From positions 1 to 22,027 of the forward strand of contig JAWXAY010000038.1 in the NCBI GenBank assembly GCA_034439715.1: DNA of 22,027 nt, given 5' to 3'. This stretch comes from Pseudomonadota bacterium (GTDB lineage Bacteria > Bdellovibrionota > Bdellovibrionia > Bdellovibrionales > SG-bin7). Shown one piece after another: positions 9,089 to 17,300 of this stretch (the stretch's first letter is position 1; each line of letters opens with the position of its first letter). The translations under genes were made by a program, and so were the position numbers. The notes below the pieces were generated by a model. It was not told where the DNA came from and ran no database searches. It saw only the letters and a program-made list of their open reading frames with translations.

Positions 9089-10795
9089 ATGAAGCCAAAA
9101 TCGACAATAGAGTTTAAGTCCCTTGAAAGAATGTTGGAGTCTGAAAAAAGAGCTCAATATTCGACCTATCGTTTAGAAACCGAATCACCACTTAGTCGTA
9201 TTTGTGAATCTGGTGATGCATTAGGACCTTTGATTTTTAAAAAACAGATTGGCTTTTCTAAATGGCTGTTAACGGGTGACGTTTTTTATTCGCGATTTAG
9301 GCCCGGAGACAGAGTAGAAATGAGAATTCAAAAAATCAATACTGATCGCTCGGTAAATTTATCTTACGATTGGAAGGTTGATGGTGTCTCTTATCCTGCG
9401 CCTGGTAAGATTGAGATATTAGTCACAGGGGAAAGACCTTTAGATGCTGAAGGCGTTAATGAGGTATTTCTTTTTAAAAGTTCGTCAGTAAGATTCAATA
9501 ACTTACTGATAAAAAAGCTCAGTGAAATTTCCAATTCAAATGGCTCTAAAATTTTAGGAAATGATCATTTTAAGCTTTCTACACAAGACTCAAAATTCAA
9601 AGAATTTTATGAAAAACTGAATGACACCCAAAAAAGTGCAATAGATTATTTAATTGAAAACAATTTAAGCGGCGCGATCCAGGGGCCACCTGGTACTGGC
9701 AAGACGCAATTACTCCAAGCCATTATTACTCTAGCCTTAAAGTCCAACATGAAGGTTTGCGTAACATCTTTTACAAATGCAGCCGTTGATAATTTAATGG
9801 GACGAATCGTCGGCGACAATTTTGAACATGATTGGGCCCGAGTTGGAAATTCCGAAAAAATTAAAAGAGAGCTATATCCAAACGTCCGAGAAAATTCGAA
9901 CTTTGTGTTTCAAAACTTTAAAAAAGAAGTCAATAACTCTAGCTTAATAGGATCAACACTTCATAAGCTTGCGTATAATAAATCAGCGCCCAAAGTTGAT
10001 TTGCTAGTTATTGATGAGGCAGGTCAGGTGCCAATTTATTTTTGGCCTTTTCTTGAGCTTCTTGCGAAACGTGTTGTCCTTGTAGGAGATCAATTTCAGC
10101 TACCACCTGTGTTTGCAGCGGAACATACAGAACTTCCATTTGATAACGTGTTTTCCTTACTCATCAACGATGAAACGCCTATGCTTGAGACTCAGTACCG
10201 AATGCGACGTGAAATTCAAGCTTGGTCTTCTGAAAAATTTTATAAAGGAAAACTTACCCCTCATGCATCAGTTGCAGATCGTGATTTTTTCAACGGTAGC
10301 TTTGCGTTGTTTCCTGACGGTTGTGTGGAGTCTAAGAAATTTGACTCTTTGACTTCAGGAAAGTCTTCAAAGAATGAGGCGGATTTTATCAGCGACAAAA
10401 TTGAAAAAATACTTAAAGACGATTTCAGTTTAAACAATGTGGGTGTGATTTGTCCTTACCGCGCACAGGCAGGCCTCGTAAATTCAGCTTTACAGCATCG
10501 ACTTGGAGTCAACGAAGCATCTAAAGTTCTAGTTGATACTGTTGAAAGGTTTCAAGGCCAAGAAAAGGAAGCAATATTTTTATCGTTTGGTAGTTCTGGT
10601 GACTATCAAGATGAGCTCCGTTTTCTTTCTGATCCAAAACGATTAAATGTTTCAATCACACGGGCGAAATCCAGATTTTATTGCCTATTTGATAGCAAAC
10701 TCTGGGAACGGTCTCATGAAGCCCAATCTGAGGACCTGAATGAATTTTTGCGATGGGTGACATATGGGAAAACTAGCATTAAACGAGCGGCTTAA
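9089..10795 (+). CDS. Upf1/DNA2/NAM7-like superfamily 1B helicase (AAA_11/AAA_12 type)
   Basis: LNDTQK, IQGPPGTGKT, SFTNAAVDNL, IDEAGQ, LVGDQFQLPP, LETQYRM, GVICPYRAQ, DTVERFQGQEKE, RLNVSITRAK. Confidence 0.92.
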   Translation: MKPKSTIEFKSLERMLESEKRAQYSTYRLETESPLSRICESGDALGPLIFKKQIGFSKWLLTGDVFYSRFRPGDRVEMRIQKINTDRSVNLSYDWKVDGVSYPAPGKIEILVTGERPLDAEGVNEVFLFKSSSVRFNNLLIKKLSEISNSNGSKILGNDHFKLSTQDSKFKEFYEKLNDTQKSAIDYLIENNLSGAIQGPPGTGKTQLLQAIITLALKSNMKVCVTSFTNAAVDNLMGRIVGDNFEHDWARVGNSEKIKRELYPNVRENSNFVFQNFKKEVNNSSLIGSTLHKLAYNKSAPKVDLLVIDEAGQVPIYFWPFLELLAKRVVLVGDQFQLPPVFAAEHTELPFDNVFSLLINDETPMLETQYRMRREIQAWSSEKFYKGKLTPHASVADRDFFNGSFALFPDGCVESKKFDSLTSGKSSKNEADFISDKIEKILKDDFSLNNVGVICPYRAQAGLVNSALQHRLGVNEASKVLVDTVERFQGQEKEAIFLSFGSSGDYQDELRFLSDPKRLNVSITRAKSRFYCLFDSKLWERSHEAQSEDLNEFLRWVTYGKTSIKRAA

Positions 10796-10929
10796 TACAA
10801 AAGTGTACAGCTCAATTCAATAAGTTTCTAATCCGTTCCATTTAGACCGCCAATGATAACTTCTTAAAAATCGAGTGAAACCACATCGCACGAGTTTTCG
10901 TTATTTTTTCTGGCATTGATTTTTAAACT

Positions 10930-11008
10930 TGATACTCCAGTATCATTTTGCACTACGTCAGTGAGACTCGCACTGAGATCCGTGAGACTCAGTCTCACCG
11001 TTGAGACT
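10930..11008. repeat. Cluster of TGAGACT-type repeats and palindromes, candidate upstream activating sequence
   Basis: TGATACT-CC-AGTATCA at 10930-10945, TGAGACT at 10962, TGAGATC at 10974, TGAGACT-C-AGTCTCA at 10983-10997, TGAGACT at 11002. Confidence 0.8.
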
Positions 11009-11074
11009 CGATAAAAAAACTAAAAACAAAGTGAAATTATATACTTAACATTTTTAACCACTGCGTAAGCGGAT

Positions 11075-11089
11075 TGGCACGCCTTTGCT
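11075..11089 (+). promoter_or_regulatory. Sigma-54-like -24/-12 box (GG-N9-GC, one base shorter than canonical)
   Basis: TGGCAC-GCCT-TTGCT compared with the consensus TGGCAC-N5-TTGCW. It is preceded by A-tracts and a partial IHF-like site (AATTAT-ATAC-TTA, 11035-11047) and lies about 50 nt before the first gene of the transfer operon. Confidence 0.5.
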
Positions 11090-11102
11090 CTTATTACCTT
11101 TC

Positions 11103-11123
11103 GAGACCGTTAGAGTCTCACAA
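11103..11123. promoter_or_regulatory. GAGAC-N7-GTCTC inverted repeat in the leader just before the RBS
   Basis: GAGAC at 11103-11107 and GTCTC at 11115-11119. AGTCTCACAA (11114-11123) is identical to 4701-4710. AGGAG RBS at 11131-11135. Confidence 0.55.
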
Positions 11124-11140
11124 CAAAAAAAGGAGAAAAA

Positions 11141-11362
11141 GTGCAACAGAAGAAGCCAGGAATTTTAGAACAGATTTTTTATGAATCTGAAAAATATAAA
11201 ATTTCAAGACGAAAAGTGAGCGAAGCCCTTCGACGAGTCCGCAATTGGTTTAAAAGAGAATTCAGGGCCAGTGAGCCACTGCCGCCGGAATTTAAAGATT
11301 TTCAACTTGAAAAAGAAATTGACAGAAATCGAGCGAAAGATCTATGGCAAAAATATTTTTAG
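11141..11362 (+). CDS. Hypothetical protein, possibly the N-terminal part of a frameshifted gene
   Basis: Strong AGGAG RBS and GTG start. It ends at TAT TTT TAG inside a T5 run and overlaps the next ORF by 19 nt. Confidence 0.6.
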   Translation: MQQKKPGILEQIFYESEKYKISRRKVSEALRRVRNWFKREFRASEPLPPEFKDFQLEKEIDRNRAKDLWQKYF

Positions 11363-11688
11363 GCCATGAATTTAAAAATATTCAACACCATTTTCGCGAA
11401 TGGTACGGATCTTTAAGTGTTCTTGAGTTGTCTGCTAACTCAAAACTGATTCGTAAAATTCAAGAGATTGAGACTCATCTTGAGACCATTAAAAAACCTC
11501 AAGAAAACAACGAAAAATTTAAAATGAACCTTAGCCAGCTAGAAACTGACTTGAGTTTTTTGTGGGAATTATTAACTCCTACGGAAAAATCTAGAGCGTT
11601 AGTTTTTAACAAATTTTTAGAACTTCAAAAGAAAGTTCGAGCTACTTGTGACGTAACTCAGCATAACTTAACAGACAAAGGAATTTAA
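11344..11688 (+). CDS. Hypothetical alpha-helical protein, possibly the C-terminal part of the same gene
   Basis: 114-aa ORF with no clear RBS. Its stop is 1 nt before the next ATG. Confidence 0.6.
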   Translation: MAKIFLGHEFKNIQHHFREWYGSLSVLELSANSKLIRKIQEIETHLETIKKPQENNEKFKMNLSQLETDLSFLWELLTPTEKSRALVFNKFLELQKKVRATCDVTQHNLTDKGI

Positions 11689-11689
11689 A

Positions 11690-12055
11690 ATGAATAAGCA
11701 TAGTGAAAAACATGAAATCTTCACGGGATTTCGCAAAGAAAATGTAGTTGAAGCAAAACTATTAGTTGGTGCTGCCTTTAAAGATGAAGGCACCAGCTAT
11801 TACAAAATCAGACTCATGATGTTTCCGGGGTATACATACTATTTGGTAAAGAATCAAAATGCCGTTGATAGATACACGGTTTATTCGCGCATGATTGCAG
11901 ACGATAAAAATAGAAACCAAATCAAATTTTTGAATCCCGTCGGAAACGGAATTTTAGACTCAAAACTTCAAAGCTATTTGGAAGTCAGATTTCCAATGCT
12001 TCGAGCTTATGTGTATATGTCACTTTATCCACAAAAACAAAATTACAAGGAGTAA
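11690..12055 (+). CDS. Hypothetical protein with internal duplication, DUF736-like (possible ssDNA-binding)
   Basis: AAGGA RBS. Two similar beta-rich units: VGAAFKDEGTSYYKIRLMMFPGYTYYL and VGNGILDSKLQSYLEVRFPMLRAYVYMSL. Confidence 0.5.
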   Translation: MNKHSEKHEIFTGFRKENVVEAKLLVGAAFKDEGTSYYKIRLMMFPGYTYYLVKNQNAVDRYTVYSRMIADDKNRNQIKFLNPVGNGILDSKLQSYLEVRFPMLRAYVYMSLYPQKQNYKE

Positions 12056-12061
12056 GTAGGA

Positions 12062-12343
12062 TTGAATAATCAAAAGGTTTTTTCTGCTCTTACATTGATT
12101 CTAATTATCGCGTTCCCATTGATTGGCTTTTGCAGCGTTGAATCTAGTCTTGCTGCCGTTCAGTCAAAACTGATCGGCACAATATTGCCGCTGGTTGCAA
12201 TCATAGGGCTTGTGTTCGCAGGCCTTTCATTTGTAGCCGGTAGCCCTAGTGCCAGAAATCATTTGGTCCTAGCGATCATCGGAGCCGCTATCGGATTCGG
12301 AGCGCCAAGTATCGTGAGCTGGATTCAATCACTGATTCACTAA
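12062..12343 (+). CDS. virB2: VirB2/TrbC-like conjugative pilin
   Basis: 93 aa, TTG start, with a leader followed by two hydrophobic helices and AIIGAAIGFGAPSIVSWI. First gene of the T4SS block. Confidence 0.8.
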   Translation: MNNQKVFSALTLILIIAFPLIGFCSVESSLAAVQSKLIGTILPLVAIIGLVFAGLSFVAGSPSARNHLVLAIIGAAIGFGAPSIVSWIQSLIH

Positions 12344-12352
12344 TTTTAACCA

Positions 12353-12382
12353 GGGGCTTCCAAACACGGAGGTCCTATTTTT
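12353..12382 (+). terminator. Hairpin plus T-run between pilin and virB3 (partial terminator or mRNA stabiliser)
   Basis: GGGGCTTCC-AAACAC-GGAGGTCCT (9-bp stem with 3 G-U pairs) followed by ATTTTT. Confidence 0.45.
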
Positions 12383-12395
12383 AGGGGTATATAAA

Positions 12396-12719
12396 ATGGA
12401 ATTAAAAGTTACCGAAGTTAGTCGATGCTTAGATAAAAAGATGATGATCATGGGATTTGAAGTTCCCGACCTGCTTTTCATTTTTTTAACGATGTCGATT
12501 TTAAATTTCTTATTTGGAACAACAAATTTGAAAATGCTTTTTGTTTGGCTTCCTAGTGCCGCAATCGCCTTGACGATTAGATTCACAAAGCGTGGCAAGC
12601 CGGACAATTACTTAATTCATTGGCTCAGGTTTCAAATAAAACCTGGGGTTCTTGCCGCCTTTCCTGATCCTACAAATCAAACGCCAGCGCCAACTCTTTT
12701 ACAAAGGAAGTCTGCATGA
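12396..12719 (+). CDS. virB3: VirB3/TraL-like inner-membrane protein
   Basis: 107 aa with two TM segments, LDKKMMIMGFE motif, located between pilin and VirB4 with an ATGA overlap. Confidence 0.7.
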   Translation: MELKVTEVSRCLDKKMMIMGFEVPDLLFIFLTMSILNFLFGTTNLKMLFVWLPSAAIALTIRFTKRGKPDNYLIHWLRFQIKPGVLAAFPDPTNQTPAPTLLQRKSA

Positions 12720-15133
12720 GTGCAAAATTAGCTGATTACTTACAAGTCTGGGGGCTTGAAGAAAAGCATATTATCTTTACGGATGGTTCATTTGGTCTAG
12801 GGTTTAAACTTAAACCGACGGACGCAAGTTGCTGGTCAGTGGACCAAGCTAATGAGTACTCACAAAAATTGATTCAATTTTTGAATGGCTTGCCGCCAGA
12901 AATTGATTTTCAACTTGTGAGCGATATCAAAGCTGGTAACGCCGAAATAATGCAAAGACATCAATTGTCAGATTGTTCCGACAGCGATGTTGTTCGGGAA
13001 TTGACGTCTGCGCGAGTTGAGAAATTTTCTGATCTAGATGCGCGAGGATTACTTCCAAGTCATGGTCTATTCTTATTCGTAAGACGCAAGGCAAATAGTT
13101 CTCTGTTAAAAAAAGCGAGTTTCTTTTCTAGGCACAACGATTTTCAGGCAATTGCTGACGACAAATTGAAACACGAGCTGGCAACGAGTGAACGACTTTC
13201 GCATGATTTGAATTCAAGTCTTTCAGCTTTAGGACTTGAGCCGGAATTTTTAGATCCAGAGGCACTTTTGAAGCTAATGCATCAGCAATGGAATCCAAAT
13301 CGAAAAATCGTTCTTGGTTCTGTTAACCCCGATAATCTACGGAGTGGTTTATTGTTTACTGACGTCGGCATTGATCAAAAAGGATTTATGATGAGTGACT
13401 ATAATTATAGAGTCATTTCTTTAAAGCTTTTGCCTGATCAGACCTATGCAGTTATGGCCGCAAAGCTTCGGGAATTACCTTTTGATACCAGATTATCCTT
13501 AACGGTTCATGTTCCGAATCAGCAAAAAGAACTTGAGACATTGCAAACTCAGCGGCGAATTGCATTTTCTATGGTGGCCGGAAAAAAAGTTGGGGTGGCC
13601 GATTTAGAGTCCGAAGCTAAATTTCGAGATCTTGAAACCTTGCTTGAGCAAATGGTCTCTCAAGGCGAAAAAGTTTTCCACATGAGTCTGCAAGTATTGG
13701 TTCGGTCTACTTCGGTTGAAGATCTAGATAACAAAGTTTCGGAGGTTTTAGTCAAGATTCGTGAAATGGGCGGCGCCGAAGCAATGGAGGAAACTTTAGC
13801 TGCTTTTGATATTTTCAGTGAAGCCGCAATTCCAAATTCAAGATGTAAGGAAAGAATAAAAAGAATCAAAACTTCTAATTTATGTGATCTTCTTCCAGTA
13901 TATGGCCCTTGGAGTGGTCATAAAGATCCGAAAATTTTGCTCAGATCAAGATTAGGTAGTCTTGTCAGTTTCAACCCATTCACCAGTGAGCTAACGAACT
14001 CGAACCAAATTGTCAGCGGTGGATCTGGTAGCGGTAAGTCCTACATGACAAATATTTTGATGATGCAGATGATGAAAGAAAATCCGAAAATATTTATCGT
14101 CGATATCGGTGGGTCATACAAAAAGATCTGCGAAAACTTTAACGGCCAGTATATTCAGCTAGGCGTTGATACAGATCTATCAATAAACCCTTTCGATCTT
14201 GCCGTTGGCGAAACTAAACCAACCAGTCAAAAAGTAAAATTCATTTTAAGCTTAGTTGAAATCATGACTAAGGAAAATGAAAAGCTTCAGTTAGGCAAAC
14301 TTGAAAAATCCGAAATCGAATCGGCCATTGAAAAAGTCTACGAAGTTTCAAAAAATCCAAGGCTATCGGATTTGAGAAAACTTTTAATTGAACACGATGA
14401 CGTAAATATACAGCGTATCGGTAAAATTTTAACCAGTTGGTGCGGAAATTCCCCTTACGGCAAATTTGTAGACCAGAAAACTACGCTTGAACTACAGCGA
14501 TCCTTGGTCTGTTTTGACCTTAAAGGAATGGAGTCTTATCCGGATCTTCAATCGGCGTGTTTATTTATTATTACAGATTTTGTTTGGCGCGAGGTTCAGG
14601 CCGACAAATCTAAAATGAAGTTTCTAATTCTTGATGAGTGCTGGAAGCTCATGGAAAATGATTCGGCTTCTCTTTTTATTGCGGAAGTATTCAGAACATT
14701 TAGAAAATACATGGCCTCGGCCATTGCTATTTCGCAAAACATTGACGATTTCGCGAAAAGTAAAATTGCTAATGCGATTTTGCCTAATTCTTCTATTAAA
14801 TGGGTCTTGAAACAAAAGGGAGCTGATAAAGATAGACTCAAAGAGGTTCTTGGACTTAATCCAAACGAAGTAGATCTTATTTCATCACTGGGACAAGAGC
14901 GCGGTTCATATTCAGAGGCTTTTTTAATGGCCGAAGACTCAAGAGCCGTCGTGATTATTGAATCAACTCCGCTTGAATATTGGTTAGCTACGACCGACGG
15001 CCGTGATCTTGGCAAAATTGAGGATTACAAAAAGCAATACTCTGAAATTTCACAACTTGAGGTTTTGAAGAAGCTTGCGTTCGAATTTCCCAGAGGTATT
15101 GCGGCCCATCAGCAGAAACGAAATCAATCATGA
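12716..15133 (+). CDS. virB4: VirB4/TraC-family T4SS ATPase
   Basis: 805 aa. Walker A GGSGSGKS, IVDIGGSY, SINPFD, Walker B ILDECW, RTFRKY...ISQ. Confidence 0.92.
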   Translation: MSAKLADYLQVWGLEEKHIIFTDGSFGLGFKLKPTDASCWSVDQANEYSQKLIQFLNGLPPEIDFQLVSDIKAGNAEIMQRHQLSDCSDSDVVRELTSARVEKFSDLDARGLLPSHGLFLFVRRKANSSLLKKASFFSRHNDFQAIADDKLKHELATSERLSHDLNSSLSALGLEPEFLDPEALLKLMHQQWNPNRKIVLGSVNPDNLRSGLLFTDVGIDQKGFMMSDYNYRVISLKLLPDQTYAVMAAKLRELPFDTRLSLTVHVPNQQKELETLQTQRRIAFSMVAGKKVGVADLESEAKFRDLETLLEQMVSQGEKVFHMSLQVLVRSTSVEDLDNKVSEVLVKIREMGGAEAMEETLAAFDIFSEAAIPNSRCKERIKRIKTSNLCDLLPVYGPWSGHKDPKILLRSRLGSLVSFNPFTSELTNSNQIVSGGSGSGKSYMTNILMMQMMKENPKIFIVDIGGSYKKICENFNGQYIQLGVDTDLSINPFDLAVGETKPTSQKVKFILSLVEIMTKENEKLQLGKLEKSEIESAIEKVYEVSKNPRLSDLRKLLIEHDDVNIQRIGKILTSWCGNSPYGKFVDQKTTLELQRSLVCFDLKGMESYPDLQSACLFIITDFVWREVQADKSKMKFLILDECWKLMENDSASLFIAEVFRTFRKYMASAIAISQNIDDFAKSKIANAILPNSSIKWVLKQKGADKDRLKEVLGLNPNEVDLISSLGQERGSYSEAFLMAEDSRAVVIIESTPLEYWLATTDGRDLGKIEDYKKQYSEISQLEVLKKLAFEFPRGIAAHQQKRNQS

Positions 15134-15813
15134 AAAAGATAGTCTCAATTTTTATGGCAGTTTCGATTATGACTTCAGCGCCAGCAAAGGCAGATATGTT
15201 CGGTGGTGACCTTATCTATCTTGCTCAAATTTTGGCGAACGCAATAAAGCAATTAACCGAATTGAAAAATATGGTTGATACTGGTAAAGATCAGTTGAAT
15301 CTTTTGACAGAAATTAATCGCGGTATTAACGATTCGTTGCGACTAGCGCAAACAATTGCTCCAAATATAGACCCCGGCATTTATAAAGACTGGCATAACG
15401 CAAGTGATGCCCTAGTTAAACTTCAGGCTATCTACGGAATAGTGACGAATTCACCAGACTCAAAGGTTTATTCAGACACAGATCAAAATGTAGCAGAAGC
15501 CGTAACTCTAAATAACGATATTTATAAATATACAAAAAATATCGACGAACTTGGCGAAGCAATAAAGGACTACAGTCATGACGTATCCCCTGGTGGCGCT
15601 CAAAAGCTCACGGCGCAGACGTTGGGAGTCATGCTTCAGGTATTGAACCAAACACTCAGGACTCAAGCAACTGGTTTAAAACTTCAGGCGCAAACAATGG
15701 CTGTGCAAAATAAAAAAGAGAAAGACTCAACTAAACAGTATTTAGAAACAGCAAACACTCTTCGGATCGCTATGAAAAAAGAAAAAATTCAATTCGTAGC
15801 GCCTAGATTTTAA
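15130..15813 (+). CDS. TrbJ/VirB5-like secreted helical protein
   Basis: Signal peptide ending APAKA, followed by coiled-coil segments (NAIKQLTELKNM; QAQTMAVQNKKE). Located between virB4 and virB6. Confidence 0.65.
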   Translation: MKKIVSIFMAVSIMTSAPAKADMFGGDLIYLAQILANAIKQLTELKNMVDTGKDQLNLLTEINRGINDSLRLAQTIAPNIDPGIYKDWHNASDALVKLQAIYGIVTNSPDSKVYSDTDQNVAEAVTLNNDIYKYTKNIDELGEAIKDYSHDVSPGGAQKLTAQTLGVMLQVLNQTLRTQATGLKLQAQTMAVQNKKEKDSTKQYLETANTLRIAMKKEKIQFVAPRF

Positions 15814-15823
15814 GGAGTAAATT

Positions 15824-16741
15824 ATGACTTCAGATATTGCGTGGCTTGCGATCGAAGCCAAAAAGCTTCATGAGATATTTTCAGGATACTTTTATCTTAT
15901 CGTAACGGTGCTTATGCTTCTAGGGATTGCCATTGAATACTTTAAATGGCCCATCGGCGGTGTGCCAAATTTTGGTACCATTGTCGGTCGTGCATTAATT
16001 GCGGCTCTTTTGCTACACGCTTACCCCGAAATTACAAACACGATTGCAGATGTCACAGACGCAATGGCCGCAAGACTTGGCGATTTGAATAATTTTAAAA
16101 TGATTTTAGATAAGATGGGAGACAAAGTTGGTGAACTTTCTTGGTCATGGGTCAGTTTCAAAGACACGATCATGCTGCTTATCAGCTTTCTAACGTTTTT
16201 CATTTTGTATTTTTCGATTCATATCGCGGATAGTTTCTATATTTACGTCTGGGTGATGCTTTATGTGTTTTCGCCACTGCTGATTGCTCTTTATGTCCTA
16301 CCGGTTACAGCGTCAGCGACATCGGCCTTGTTTAGGTCACTGATCGAGGTGGCCTGTTGGAAAATTGTCTGGTCGGTTATTGCGACCTTACTTTGGAGTA
16401 GCGCCTTAAGTCAGATCAATCAAGATGGAACGCAAGTGAGTTTTTTAACAGCTATTGGCTTTAATATTATTTTAGCCGGTTCGCTGTTGTTGACCCCCTT
16501 CGTTGTTCACGCTCTTGCGGGAAGTGGTTTATCGACGATGGGTCGAGATTTAAGTTCACTTGCTATCGGCGGAATGACGATCAGTCCAAGTCGTACAATG
16601 GGTGTTACAAAAAGTTTAGCCTCAAAAACCATTTCAAATGGGAAAAGTTATTTTTCAAAGCCCGGTTCAAATAAAAATATGAGCCAAAATAATCAGAAAC
16701 ACTCTGCGAATAGTAAATCGCAAAAGCAAATTAAGGCATAA
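15824..16741 (+). CDS. virB6: VirB6/TrbL-like polytopic membrane protein
   Basis: About 5-6 hydrophobic segments, YVFSPLLIALYVLP motif, polar basic tail, AAGGAG RBS. Confidence 0.75.
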   Translation: MTSDIAWLAIEAKKLHEIFSGYFYLIVTVLMLLGIAIEYFKWPIGGVPNFGTIVGRALIAALLLHAYPEITNTIADVTDAMAARLGDLNNFKMILDKMGDKVGELSWSWVSFKDTIMLLISFLTFFILYFSIHIADSFYIYVWVMLYVFSPLLIALYVLPVTASATSALFRSLIEVACWKIVWSVIATLLWSSALSQINQDGTQVSFLTAIGFNIILAGSLLLTPFVVHALAGSGLSTMGRDLSSLAIGGMTISPSRTMGVTKSLASKTISNGKSYFSKPGSNKNMSQNNQKHSANSKSQKQIKA

Positions 16742-16757
16742 CTAGGAGAGTTTTATT

Positions 16758-17300
16758 ATGAAGTACACAGAAGCATGGTCTTCAGTCGTATCGCAGAATT
16801 TTAATTTAAAATTAGTCACAGTAGTTCTTGGAGCGTTAACGATTCTTTTGTCAATGGTGACATTGAAGATGACTTTTAAAGATTCAATCATCGTCGAGCG
16901 AGGATGTTTTTCAAGATCACTTCAGCCAGCAAAAGACGAGCACTCAAAGCAAGAAATTGAAAACTTTCTAAGAGAGGCCTTGTCGCAAAGATTTGATTCT
17001 TTAGTCATGGCTACTGACGGGCTTCTTTCGCCAGATGAGCTGAAGCTTCGAGATCAAGAACAAAAGGAATTTGGAGCTAGAAATATGAAGCAACGCTTAG
17101 TTGTCAATTCAGTTTCTGAGACTACTGAAGGCTTTAAAGTAGATGCTGATCGGATGATTTCAGTTGGAGATGTCAGATCCGCATTTAGGTTTTCACTATT
17201 AGTGAAACTGGAATCCAAGTCGAGATCTTTTTCAAATCCTTATGGTCTGTTGATTATTTCGACGAAGCAATGGGAAGAAAAAATAAAGGAGTCAAAGTGA
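16758..17300 (+). CDS. virB8: VirB8-like protein
   Basis: Single N-terminal TM segment and the C-terminal R...NPYGL motif typical of VirB8/TrbF. Confidence 0.75.
   Translation: MKYTEAWSSVVSQNFNLKLVTVVLGALTILLSMVTLKMTFKDSIIVERGCFSRSLQPAKDEHSKQEIENFLREALSQRFDSLVMATDGLLSPDELKLRDQEQKEFGARNMKQRLVVNSVSETTEGFKVDADRMISVGDVRSAFRFSLLVKLESKSRSFSNPYGLLIISTKQWEEKIKESK

Noticed and set aside
10930..11120. Repeat cluster as a CRISPR array
   Set aside because: Units are only 7-10 bp, irregularly spaced and in both orientations, and no cas genes are present.
10185..11487. Additional TTGAGACTCA matches at 10185 and 11468 (and TGAGACC at 11481)
   Set aside because: They lie in coding sequence and are explained by L/I-E-T-Q/H codons, including the conserved LETQYRM helicase motif. 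They were not counted as regulatory sites.
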